A DNA stretch of 62,766 nt, filler included, from Squatina squatina (lineage: Eukaryota), in the NCBI GenBank assembly GCA_031763465.1. It is 4 parts of 3 records of this genome, joined end to end, with 100 filler letters (N's around TTAATTAATTAA, not from the genome) between each part and the next. Parts side by side here need not be neighbours in the genome. Positions count along the whole stretch, not along the records: positions 17,420 to 34,734 come from JARFOE010000057.1; positions 34,835 to 49,534 come from JARFOE010000222.1; 2 more parts are not named here. One strand, written 5' to 3'. This document shows, one piece after another, positions 24,837 to 36,716 of this stretch (its first letter is position 1; every line of letters starts with the position of its first letter). The notes beneath the pieces were generated by a model that did not search any database, was not told where the DNA came from, and worked only from the letters and a program-made list of their open reading frames with translations. The translations under genes and the position numbers were made by a program.

Positions 24837-27439
24837 NNNNNNNNNNNNNNNNNNNNNNNNNNNNNNNNNNNNNNNNNNNNNNNNNNNNNNNNNNNNNNNN
24901 NNNNNNNNNNNNNNNNNNNNNNNNNNNNNNNNNNNNGGTAAAGTCACTTGAGGCCCTGTTTATTTCTTCATTTCTCTCATGCACCATCCGCCTTTGTCAT
25001 TACTGGGGCTGTTAAATCAAGTCGTTGGCTTTCACTGCCATGTTGGGGTTAAGTATCGAATTTTCATATAGTATCATATTTCCAGCATCCACAGTATTTT
25101 TCCTTATGCAACTGTAGGCCTTAATGAGTTCTCTATGTAGGGTGTAATAGAGCTACGAATAGCTCATTTTAATACAGAAAAACTACTTATTTTGTGTTAT
25201 AACACAGAGAGGGGCCTCAGAAGCAAACGTTTGAGACCCCCTGCACTAATGAATTATCATGGCTAAGACCATCACATTCTTTATCTGCCTGCTCAGTCAC
25301 TAATGCTCTCCCTCATGCATAGACAACTTTAGCATAAGAGATATTAGAACCCAACTGGTCTATTAATTTCCTTTAAAGAAGGAAATCTGCAGTTCTTACC
25401 TGGTCTGGCCAAATCCACTTCAAGTGCCCACTGAAGTGGCCGAGCAAGCCACTTAGTTATATCAAATCGCAATAAGGGCAACTTGGAATGGGAAAAAAAT
25501 GCCGGCCTTGTCAGCACCCTGCACATCTTGAGAATACAATTTTTTAAAAAGTATTTATCAAATAAATATTTGCATATTTCAGTAGTCACTAATTGATCTC
25601 CTAAGGTTGATCACCTGGTTGTCAAAGAATACGATACTCTCTTACCTGTTCCTGATGTTTTTGTGTTGCTGCTTCTCTCTCTCTCGTTCTCTTCTCTCTC
25701 CTGCTTCTTTCCCCTGAAATCCTCTTCTGCTTTTTTGTTTGTTCTCTCTGTTTTTTTCTTTTCTTCATGAGAGCAATTCATCACCCTCTAGCAGCAGCAG
25801 CCCTTTAAAGGCTCTTTGTAAGCTGCGCTCCTCATTTCACGCCCACCTGTTGCCATAGCGCTCCCCGTGTACGAAGAAAACACAGGGACCAATTCAAATG
25901 GCTTAAATTCAGTGATCTCATTGAATCCAACACACTTTGCAGGCCACTCTGACAGTGGAGGAGCATTTGTGCACGACGTGATCATAGCCACGTTTTCCTT
26001 AAGATCAGGGAATTGGCCCTCACGTTCTGAAAGTTACGGAGTGCAATATTACCTTACAAGTACTTAATCCATTGGTATGAAATTGCTTGTTCTGCTATTT
26101 TAATGGAGGTGTTAATCTGATTTTAAATGGGTAATCACCTCAATTAAAATTAGCAAAGTAATTTCACTCGAATCTGTTAAGTGCATATGGTAATATTCCA
26201 GTGTAAGTTTTAGGCTTATTATAATTGAAGATACACCATAAACAGCTGCGATAAAATAAATGTGAATTCCCAATGTAGTCATGAGTTTAGGTTTTTGTGT
26301 AAACTTCTGTGTTTTAGGATCTAGATTCATGCTCCAGCAACTAAGCTATAACATAAAACTGCCTTTACAGCACAGCCCCAATATAAAGGAAGACTGGATG
26401 CCCTTTACTCTAGGATGACATATATGGAAGATAAATATTTCCACAAATGAAACTGACCAGATAAATCCTGAGTAATTAAACCATGACTGAGCTATGGTCA
26501 GCCTGCCAGGTAGAGGAATCTATTCCATCTGACTGTCGGCCAGGACTTATTCTATTCTTATTTTAAGCAAGCTTTAACATTTAAATTCTAACAAAGCAAA
26601 ACAACTTTTATAATGTTCAGCTGTCAAGAAAGTAAATATATATTAAGCATATATATAAATCATCCAAATAATATGTCAATATTAAAGGACATACCTAATG
26701 TTAGTTTCATAATAACGTGTTCTGGTCCGGAAAGTGGTTAGGAAAAACAAACATTAAGGTAAGGAAATACTGAAATTTCAATAATGCTCTTTTTCAAAAG
26801 TAAAATTGACCTTTTAAATTGAATTGTAAAACTATGGAATGCAATAATGGTTAATGCCTAAAAATTGTTGGTGATAGTTGCAAACACACATTTAATACAT
26901 TCAGATGGCATTCCTTTGCCCACTATTTCAGTGCCTAGTTAATCTGTTGTGCATTTGNNNNNNNNNNNNNNNNNNNNNNNNNNNNNNNNNNNNNNNNNNN
27001 NNNNNNNNNNNNNNNNNNNNNNNNNNNNNNNNNNNNNNNNNNNNNNNNNNNNNNNNNAGCTTCAGGCTCAAGCCTCATTGAACCTAGAATCCATATGAAC
27101 ATCAGACTGAAATCAACCTTGCAGAATCCAATCCTTTTTCTTTCAGCTAAAAGCATAGTTGAATAATGCAGCACATAGAAGCAGGAATACTAACTACTCA
27201 CCTCCGCAGTTCAACATATTCACTACCAAGGCTGCCCATTTGGTATCATTCCTGTTACAGTCCCTGTTCTGGAGAAGGTGCCACATTGCGCATTTAGTCC
27301 GGCTGTGCAGAGAAGATATGAGTTGTAGCAATTTACATCACAATGGTAGAATGTAATGGATAAGCTGAAGGCAAATTATAAATTAAATTGTGGTTACATC
27401 AATTGTAAAAGGAATTTTCACCTCAGTACTGTTATAACA

Positions 27440-27800
27440 CAATAAGAACTTGCAACTATATAGCACCTTTCATAACCTCAGGACGTCCCAAAGCACTTTA
27501 TAGCCAATGAAGAACTTTTGAACTGTAGCCACTGTTGTAATGTAGGAANNNNNNNNNNCACAGCAGCCAATTTGAGCACAGCAAGATCCCACAGGCAGTA
27601 GTGAGGCAGTAGTGATGTTGCTTGAGGGATATACATATTGGCTTGGACACCATGGAGTACTCCCTTGTTCTTCCTCAAAAAAGTGTCATGGGATCGTTTT
27701 CATCCACCTGAGAGGGCAGCTGGGGCATTGGCTTGATGTCCCATCAGAAAGGTGGCACCTCCGACAGTGCAGCGCACCCTCAGCACTGCACTGGAGTGTC
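27440..27800 (-). mobile_element. Deu-core SINE
   Basis: Reverse-complement match to the same SINE family (ctcaggacgtcccaaagcacttta...gcaccctcagcactgcactggagtgtc). Confidence 0.85.
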
Positions 27801-28689
27801 ATTCATATACTGTTTCCCACATAATGGAAAACGTCTCAAAGCACCTGTGGGGAACACAGTGCATACTGAGTAGGGGGGGAAATGTAGAGAGTGAGGTGGG
27901 AGGGGCTAAAGCAGTCGATGACAAGGATTTGAGGTGGCTCTTAAAAAACAGGGAGGAAGATGAAGAGATCGAAGGATGGAGTTTTCCAGTGCAGGTGTAA
28001 AGCAGCTGAAAATGGGATTGCAGGTGGTGGTGTGGAAGTAGCAGGGAACAGGGAATGATCCAGACAGAGGAGCAGTGTGGTGGCAGAATGAATGGATGGG
28101 TTTCCAGAGTAGCGTGAGGTGGGGACTTGGAGGGATTTGAAAACAAGGGTTGGACTGGGGGACTGAGTAAAACTTGGAAAAAAAATGGAGGATGGGAGGA
28201 TGGGTTCAGGATGTTTTCTGAGGAAGTTGTCATTTGCGTAAGAGACCAGTAGGACGTTCCAAGTAGCACATGGATTATTCCTGCCCAGGATATGTTAATT
28301 TACATAAAATATTTAAAGTCTGAGTCCACCGTTTGAATACTACACACATTGTGCAGACTGCCGAACTGCTATACTATAGTCGAGTCATAATATCGTCCTT
28401 CCTTTTAGATTGCATCTCCCTCCTCTCAGTCCATTTAGCAGTTTATAAAAAAAAAATGAAAGCACAGACTTTATGGGAAATATAAAACCAGGTAAGGATA
28501 CTAATATGAGGTAATTTTATGAGTCTGCCCTGCCTTCAGGGAACTTCGCCCGATGGCAGCTTCTATCAGACATAGTCTACTCATTGACTTCAAACCATTA
28601 TAGATGGAAATTGTCAGCAGTGCACATCCGAATTTCTGATTGGACTGAGTCCTGTTCTCTCATCGCCCCTCTTATTGCCGACAGACATT

Positions 28690-28775
28690 GATCCACCAAT
28701 GCCTCGATTTTAAAATGATCATCAGATGGTTCAAATCCCTCTATGGCCTTGTCCCTCCCTATCTCTGTAACCTCC
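28690..28775 (+). mobile_element. L2-type LINE fragment
   Basis: HQCLDFKMIIRWFKSLYGLVPPYLCNL resembles the L2 RIxFK...FKxLHGLAPxYL motif. Confidence 0.7.
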
Positions 28776-28875
28776 NNNNNNNNNNNNNNNNNNNNNNNNN
28801 NNNNNNNNNNNNNNNNNNNNNNNNNNNNNNNNNNNNNNNNNNNNNNNNNNNNNNNNNNNNNNNNNNNNNNNNNNN

Positions 28876-29419
28876 AACTCCGCCACCTCTTAGAACCAGA
28901 CCTGCAGCCTCAGAACAGAGCGATGATGGCACTGGCAGTGACTCTCAAGCTGGCCGTGGCATTGAATCTTTTCGCCGGTGGATCATTCCAGGCTGAAACA
29001 AGCAACATAGCAAACATCTCACAGTTTGCCATTCATCGCTGCATCTGGGAGGGCACAGAGGCTTTGTACTCTGGGAGAAGGGACTTCATTGTCTTCTCTC
29101 TAAACAGAGAGAAGCAGGAGGAGTGCGCATGTGCTTTGCCAGGATATCGGGTTTCTCCATGGTGCAGGACTGCACACACATGGCTTTTCGGTGGCCGCAT
29201 CTCAATGCTGAGATGTACCATAACCGCAAAGTCTACCACTCACTTAATGTGCAGTCTGTGTGCGACCACACCCAGCACATCATCATGGTGGATGCCTGTC
29301 ATCCTGGCAGCAGTCATGATGCCCTCATCCTGCGCCAGTCCGCTGTGCCAGCAATCTTCCAGCCCCCACCTCGAATCTGAGGGTGGCTGCTGGGCAACTG
29401 GGGCTCTCCGCTCGACACT
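28876..29419 (+). mobile_element. Decayed PIF/Harbinger (HARBI1-like) transposase, central region
   Basis: KLAVALNLFAGGSFQ...ISQFAIHRCI (HTH), DCTH, NRKVYHSLNVQSVCD, PGSSHDALIL, GWLLG; frameshift near 29135 and a stop near 29378. Confidence 0.9.
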
Positions 29420-31584
29420 NNNNNNNNNNNNNNNNNNNNNNNNNNNNNNNNNNNNNNNNNNNNNNNNNNNNNNNNNNNNNNNNNNNNNNNNNNNNNNNNN
29501 NNNNNNNNNNNNNNNNNNNTCAGCTTCATTTTAATTGTCCGGGAACCTCGCAGGCAGATTTAACAAGCCCCATCAACGGAAGATTGTTTAGACAGTGAGG
29601 GCTGGAGTGAAGACCGGCCACCCACCACGTAACCCAGCCGTCCCAGTCTCTCCACCGTCGATGAGGTCGCGGCCTACATGTCTATCAGAATCAAGCTCCA
29701 GAACCCCTGGCTGCAATTTGAAAGATGCCAAGGCCATTCAGCGCTCAGAGAGTCCACAGAGAAAAGCTGTTTGGCACTGGAATATATATCTGCAGTAGTT
29801 AATAACAATGCTTCATATTTGATAAAAGGTTTGGCCACCTTCCATTAGCAAGAATAATCCAATGAATTTCTGCAGTTTTAATAAACCATATTTCCCATTG
29901 TAACACCTTGAGTCCCTAAAGTCATCAAGAGATGCAATAAGTAGCTAAAAGCTTCAGGTGCACACATTCGAGCTTTATAAACGTTAACCAAAAATTGGGT
30001 TTCTGCAACAATTTTGCAACTAATTTAGTTTCAAATTATTTTGGGTAGCCCTAGTGGAGCCAGAGGCACAGACGACATCCACAGCCCACTCATATGGTTG
30101 ACACAGGTATGAAAATTGTGTAATTTAGATCAGATGAAATAAGCACAAAACAAGCCTCACAACAGCCACTGCAAATATCACACCTGATTAAAGCTCCACC
30201 ACAATGCTTACACCGAATGTTGCATCGATGATAACAATGTAAGATAATAATGGAGTATATACCCATTCAATGCTAAGAAATAAACATCGAATAGAACGGA
30301 ACTTACAGTACCTATTAATCTTGGTCAAATTGTTTTATGTTTTTAAATTTGTAAACAATGACGCTTCTTGGGGTAGAGCTTCGTTTGTTCCATCTGGGCA
30401 CAAAGTGGGCAGAGCACCGAGGTGAAAATCAGGCATGCATAGGTCTGGACGCCCGGAACAGGGCTCCACCAACTTTCCTTCCGTTAATCTAAATGGAAAG
30501 GAACCGAGCATGCTCTGTTTATGGGCCTGTGTTGCTCCTCATCCAAACTTCCCCAGACAATATATGCCCAGGCTGCACAGATGAAAATTTAATTCGATAC
30601 TGAAGAGATTTCATCGAGTTGGTCACACTACATTTACTGGATAAGCAATGTGATGTGAACATTTAGAGGGTATTTCTGTCTCTTTGCTAAACATACTGAT
30701 GAGAACAACCCAAGAAGGATAAAAAGTCATTTTGTGCATTGCTGATTTTACTATTCATGACATCCAGTGCAGTTTGGGAGGTCGTGCTTGCTATTAGAAT
30801 CTGTTGAATTTTAGGAATTCCCAGCAGTATTAATTTTACAGCTACAGTATTGTGACTGGAATATGATATTTCTGCATGGAACTGTTAAGCTCATTGTTAG
30901 CGATGGAGTGTGACCTNNNNNNNNNNNNNNNNNNNNNNNNNNNNNNNNNNNNNNNNNNNNNNNNNNNNNNNNNNNNNNNNNNNNNNNNNNNNNNNNNNNN
31001 NNNNNNNNNNNNNNNNGATATAAATAAAATATGATTTGATATATCTGGAATATGTTTTACATATCATTGTTTTCGGTGTGGGAGAATGTTATTTCCAAGG
31101 TCAGTGCAGCCAGCCAAAGACTGATGACATTAGTTGTTGCTTCTGTCAGTAAGACTGCGTGGTTGTCAATTTCTGCCAGATAATCAAGTGACTGATTCAA
31201 ATCTACAGAGAGAATTACTTTCTAACAACAACTCTCATAAGCAGGATTACTACTTCTAGATTACCAATCTTTCTTGCTAAAGATTGATGTCTAGTGGCTG
31301 TAGTCCTACATATTGCTAAAAATTGATTTTTTTTTCAAGTCAACACATTCAAAACAAATATTATCCAACTGATAAAGGTTGGGGCGATATATGTGCACCA
31401 TAACTGGAGTCTTCCCTTGAAAATGCCGTGTAAAACAGTGGTTGCTCTGACATTGGGAAACAGCAATACTCAGCATCTGATGTCTAAAAAATTAATTCAC
31501 CAAAACTTGTGGTGCAACATTGTTTTTCGATCTTTGTTCTTGTGGCTGGATGCTTGTGGTCACCGCAATATGGAGAAAAAAAAT

Positions 31585-31930
31585 GAAAAGAACTTGCATT
31601 TAAATATTCGCCTTTCACATCTTGAGAATGTCCCAAAGTACTTTGTAGCCAATGATGTACTTTTGAAGTCTCATCACTGTTATGTAGGCAAACACAGCAG
31701 ACAACTTTCCCGCAGCAAGGGCCCACAAGCAACAAATGAGATAAATAACCAGTTAGTCAGTTGGCTAGAATTTTGGCGAATGTCCCCGTTCGCCTTCAAA
31801 TAGCACCGTCACCTTTCACATCCACCTGAGCAGGCAGACGAGGCTTTGGTTCGAAATACATCCTTTATACATTTATAAATAAATGCATTGAAATGTCAGC
31901 TGGGATTATGTACTCAAGTCCTGTAGCGAA
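31585..31930 (-). mobile_element. Degenerate Deu-core SINE
   Basis: aagaacttgcattta...gtcccaaagtactttgtagccaatga...catccacctgagcaggcagacgaggctttggtt. Confidence 0.7.
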
Positions 31931-32944
31931 TATCCTGACTTGCAACTGAAAACAATTTTTTTAACATGAGGTAAAATATTTATTTTACCATCATTATAGC
32001 CGTGTGAGAGGCTTGGGTGCTTTGCGAATTACTAAATTAGAAAAAAGAAAAAATGATTTTCATTGAATGGTGAAACCATTTTTGAATATCAAACAAGACA
32101 ATATGAGATATGATCGGTTTTCTAATAAGGCATGCTCTCTCCTTGTGCTCAGAACTGATTAGACATTAATCTCAGAAACAAAAGCATGAAATATGGAGAA
32201 GAAAATGATCTGAATTCTGTGACTCAGAAGGTTTCAAGGCCCGAAAATCCCTTGGGTTGCAATCCTGGCAGTTACGGCACCACCAGACACATCTCTGACA
32301 AGAGCCTGTCCCATGCCAATGGAAACTTCAGCCTTGTTCAGCTCTTAGACAGTACCTTTGCCCCTCCATCACCCCTATCCTCGGAATTATCCTATCAGCC
32401 CNNNNNNNNNNNNNNNNNNNNNNNNNNNNNNNNNNNNNNNNNNNNNNNNNNNNNNNNNNNNNNNNNNNNNNNNNNNNNNNNNNNNNNNNNNNNNNNNNNN
32501 NTCCACTCTACTAGTTACATCAGGTACAGGAAGAGAAATAAAGAGAGGAAAGAAAGATTGGATTAAGACAAAGAGAAAAATGAGACTGAAAGGAAAAATG
32601 ATTTTTTTTTCATTACTAGGTACCTGGTGATCTAAGTCAAACCTCTGAGGATCAAAGTTTGTCAGATTTTGAAACGTAAGTCTTGACCTACAATATAATT
32701 CTTACGGCTTTTCATCTTGGAAAATATTATTTTTCTTGACTGCTGCTGAAGAGATTTAATATAATACATTTTTTGCCAACTGGACTGTGACACACAAAAT
32801 TAAATTGAATTTATTCCTTCTGTACTGTGGGTTATGTCTAAGATTATCAGGTTATAACTAACAATCATATGAACTACGTGACTGGGATACAAGCAGCTGA
32901 ACTAAAAGCAGCCCAGGAATTGAGGAGATCTTCTAAGCGGTTCA

Positions 32945-33695
32945 CAACATAGCCGGAATTTTGCCGGCTTTCAGAGGATGGGATCGGAGGCGAGTCAACT
33001 GTTAAATTTAAAACGATTGACAGCAGGTCGGAACCCCGCTGGCAACCCATCACCATGCTACCTTACCAGGTGTCAGGTCTGTCAACGCTGAACAGACCCG
33101 ACACGCAGCGGGTATCATGTCAGATAAGGATGTTGGGAGTTGTGTGACCATGAATTCATGTCTTTACTGGACTGCTGCAATTGTGCTATAAAAGCTCCCA
33201 TCTCACAACAGTTCACTTTCCAAGATCAAAAGCTCTTGCATACTGCATTTGGAAGGCACATTGACCTTTATGCAGGTTACAAGAGTTTGGAGCAATCTCT
33301 CTATCCAGTGTCACCTCATTGGAACAACCTTTCTCACCATTAACAGATTGTTTCTGTCATCTCAAGTTCATCTGCCATCTATTACATCAGCATCAGTGCC
33401 CTTGAAATTATCTTAGCTTAGTCCCCAGAAACCCACCACGATCAGCCCCAACACCAGCAGCACCAGGCACACCAGCAGCACCAATAACAACACCAACCTT
33501 CTCCGCAATCACCTGATGCAGCACAGGACAGAGGATATCAGCAACCAAGTCATTGTTGCCCTAGAGGCCATGGATGGCCTCAACAAGGCCAGATTTACTT
33601 CACTTGACGCTGTACACCCTGGCTGCTACATGATGCACCAGGTTGGCACCACCTCATACGAACACCATAAAGCATCCCTACAATGTTCAAGCCAT
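32945..33695 (+). mobile_element. Probable 5' part of a Harbinger-like element
   Basis: Starts at a ccggaattttgcc terminus-like motif with CpG-rich subterminal DNA, then a CAG/CAC-rich (Q/H-rich) stretch reminiscent of the transposase N-terminal region. No catalytic motif is seen. Confidence 0.35.
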
Positions 33696-34734
33696 NNNNN
33701 NNNNNNNNNNNNNNNNNNNNNNNNNNNNNNNNNNNNNNNNNNNNNNNNNNNNNNNNNNNNNNNNNNNNNNNNNNNNNNNNNNNNNNNNNNNNNNNCTGAG
33801 GTATAACATCAGTCAGATTTTTCAATTACAATACTAATCTAATATTAAAATATTCCATTATTTTAATTAAACAACCATTGCTGTTTTATGCATCTTTTCA
33901 ACCCCCGTTTTGCCAGCATTTCACAGCAGTGTTGCCTGAGACGAACGGATAGGCTGACATCGGATCCACTGGTGACATCTGCCAAACTCCGACAGTTACA
34001 TCACTGATGTAACTCCCACAACTCGAAGTGTTTGTGTGAACAATGTTTATTTTGTGGTTGACAAATATACTTAATGCAGCTAATATTCTGTGCAAAGTGG
34101 CTAAAATATTTCTTGCAAATAATTGCCTACAATTTAAAACAGCTGAAGGGTTTGAGCTTTTGGGTCTGACTAATTTTGACTGACATTCAGAAACACAAAT
34201 GGTATCAACATTAAAGTCAGTCTATGTGAACTGTCATGCTTCAGGCCTTTCTCCATATTTCTTTATTTCAGAATTGCAGCTTACTCAAGGAGACCCACAT
34301 CCCTATGATCTTCAATTTACAGTTCTAGTGTGCTGTGAATAAGAGTAGGCATGCCCCAAGATTAACAGCTACCCTTTCACTGGCATGTTTTGCACCAAAA
34401 ATAAACACGCATGTTGCTCACCATGCACTCCTGTTCTCCCCGGCAAGTGGAAAAGCACAACTCTGCAAGACTACTTCATTCAAGCTAGAACAACAAGATA
34501 AATCTATTAAAAGTACTAAGGGCACCCAATTCAAGGTAAAACTTCTAGTGTGACATCGGCGTGAAACTGTCGTAAAGGCTCAAAATTCGGCTCCCGTTTG
34601 CCCCGGCGTAAAACGGGCACAAGGCACATAAAGCTCGAGGCACTGGCTTTAGAGTTATTGTGGCGCTGTGACATTATAAGTGCGCGGGCTGCCCAAAATG
34701 GCCGCCCGTCCAAAATTGCAGTGTCAGTGTGCAC

Positions 34735-34834
34735 NNNNNNNNNNNNNNNNNNNNNNNNNNNNNNNNNNNNNNNNNNNNTTAATTAATTAANNNNNNNNNN
34801 NNNNNNNNNNNNNNNNNNNNNNNNNNNNNNNNNN
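34735..34834. other. Synthetic scaffold linker N44-TTAATTAATTAA-N44
   Basis: 12-mer at 34779-34790 within a 100-nt spacer. Confidence 0.95.
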
Positions 34835-34982
34835 TGAAGCTGACCACGAAAAGCTCAGTTACGTATGGGACCCTTTAATGCTAACGTTTACATGTGTTTG
34901 AATGCTCCAAGTCTAAAGTGGCCAATTGCAGGCATCAACACTAATTTTGATAGAGGCCACTTTCCAGCATGAAATTCGGCCC
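34835..34982. mobile_element. Harbinger-like non-autonomous element terminus
   Basis: Ends gaaattcggccc followed by TTA. Similar termini open CpG-rich stretches at ~34576 (ggctcaaaattcgg), ~35997 (gggaccgaaattcc) and ~58083 (ggccagaatatttt). Confidence 0.45.
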
Positions 34983-36257
34983 TTAGCACTACAAACACAA
35001 AAAAGCTCAATTGGGCGCCCTCAATTTGGTGTTGGGGCTACTTGGTTAGAGAAGGGAAGCTCATCCAGCAACTGATTACTATTCACTGATCCCTGTTAGA
35101 ATTGTGTTTCTGTAGATTTTGGTGAAGAAAAGATTGGCTGTGATTTCATCTGTGGTTGAATAGCCTCGTGACACTTACAGGAAAACCTCATGTATGAACG
35201 ATGGGTACTTTTGTGGAGTGCCAGTGTAGTGATTAGTGTCTGTGAAACTATATTCTTGCCAGGAATCAAGCACTTCAGAAGAGGGGGGTGAAAAATTGGT
35301 AAGAAGAAAAAATGATTAACCATAGTTAATAAACCATCAATTGTGAATCCAGCATGTTAATGGTGGAGACAAATTGCAAATGCCCATCAAATCCAACATG
35401 AAATAAGTTATTATTTAACCTTGTGTATGAATTAATGTAACTTTATGTGGTAGGCTCGTTTAAATGAGTGCAATTTCTTATTTTCTCACAAAAATGCTGC
35501 TTTGATCTTCAGAGCAATGATTAGACTGTTTCAAAGGCCACTTGTCAGAAGTTTTCTTATCCAACTTCCTGCTTTGGCAACTGGTAATGTACAATAGCAA
35601 AATGCTAGAAACATTTCATAAAATTGTGCATGTCTGTTAATTTTTAGCACAGCATATGGCAAGACAACATAGACATAACAGAAGACATTATTGCAAAGAA
35701 ATGCTGAAGGTGAAACATGAGCAATTGTCTTTTGTCTGACACATCCTGTACTCCAAAAGGAAAAAAACAACTTTGTTGGATTTGGGTGATATAATATTTG
35801 CCAAGAATATTAGCTGAAAGCAATTTTAGTTGACACTGCATATACAGAATGTGTTGTATTCAGTGCAAACATTCCTACAACTTCTTTTCAACAATTTATT
35901 TCATGATGATCTCAAAGACGTATATTACTGCTGAAATATTGATGACTGATTTCCAGTGGAACATTCTTGATCCTCTTTGTGTATGGATGGGAATTTGGGA
36001 CCGAAATTCCCCTTTTTTGCCCCGTTAGTGCCTCCAAGGGATCCTTTAAAGGGTAGGGCTGGTGCGCCAGCGGCTGCCATCTTTTTGTGTCGGCCAACAC
36101 TGTGGTTGGCCAACCAATGGTATCCCTCGCCCCGACCGGGCCACCATTCCATGCCAGNNNNNNNNNNNNNNNNNNNNNNNNNNNNNNNNNNNNNNNNNNN
36201 NNNNNNNNNNNNNNNNNNNNNNNNNNNNNNNNNNNNNNNNNNNNNNNNNNNNNNNNN

Positions 36258-36535
36258 CCCACACNNNNNNNNNNNNNNNNNNNNNNNNNNNNNNNNNNNN
36301 NNNNNNNNNNNNNNNNNNNNNNNNNNNNNNNNNNNNNNNNNNNNNNNNNNNNNNNNNNNNNNNNNNNNNNNNNNNNNNNNNNNNNNNNNNNNNNNNNNAT
36401 CCCACGCATCACACACACACCACATACCACACGCACAGCCCACACACACACACAACACACACATACCCCACACATCACACACACACCAAATACCACACAC
36501 ACACCCCACACACACACACACAACACACACACACT
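36258..36535. repeat. (CA)n-rich microsatellite, gapped
   Basis: Degenerate CA repeat flanking N runs. Confidence 0.9.
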
Positions 36536-36716
36536 GTGAATGCTGGGTCAAAACTTTCAAGTATGAGGTTAATAGATTTTTGTTAGATAAATTAAGGAGT
36601 TATGGATCAAGGGTGGTTAAATAGGGTTGAAATACAGATCAGTCATGATCTAATCAAAAGGCGGGACAGGTGTGAGGGGCTAAATGGCCTACTCCTAATC
36701 CTATATTCCTATGTAC
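36536..36716 (+). mobile_element. CR1 LINE 3' end
   Basis: ttcaagtatgaggttaatagatttttg...gaggggctaaatggcctactccta...ttcctatgt. Confidence 0.75.
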
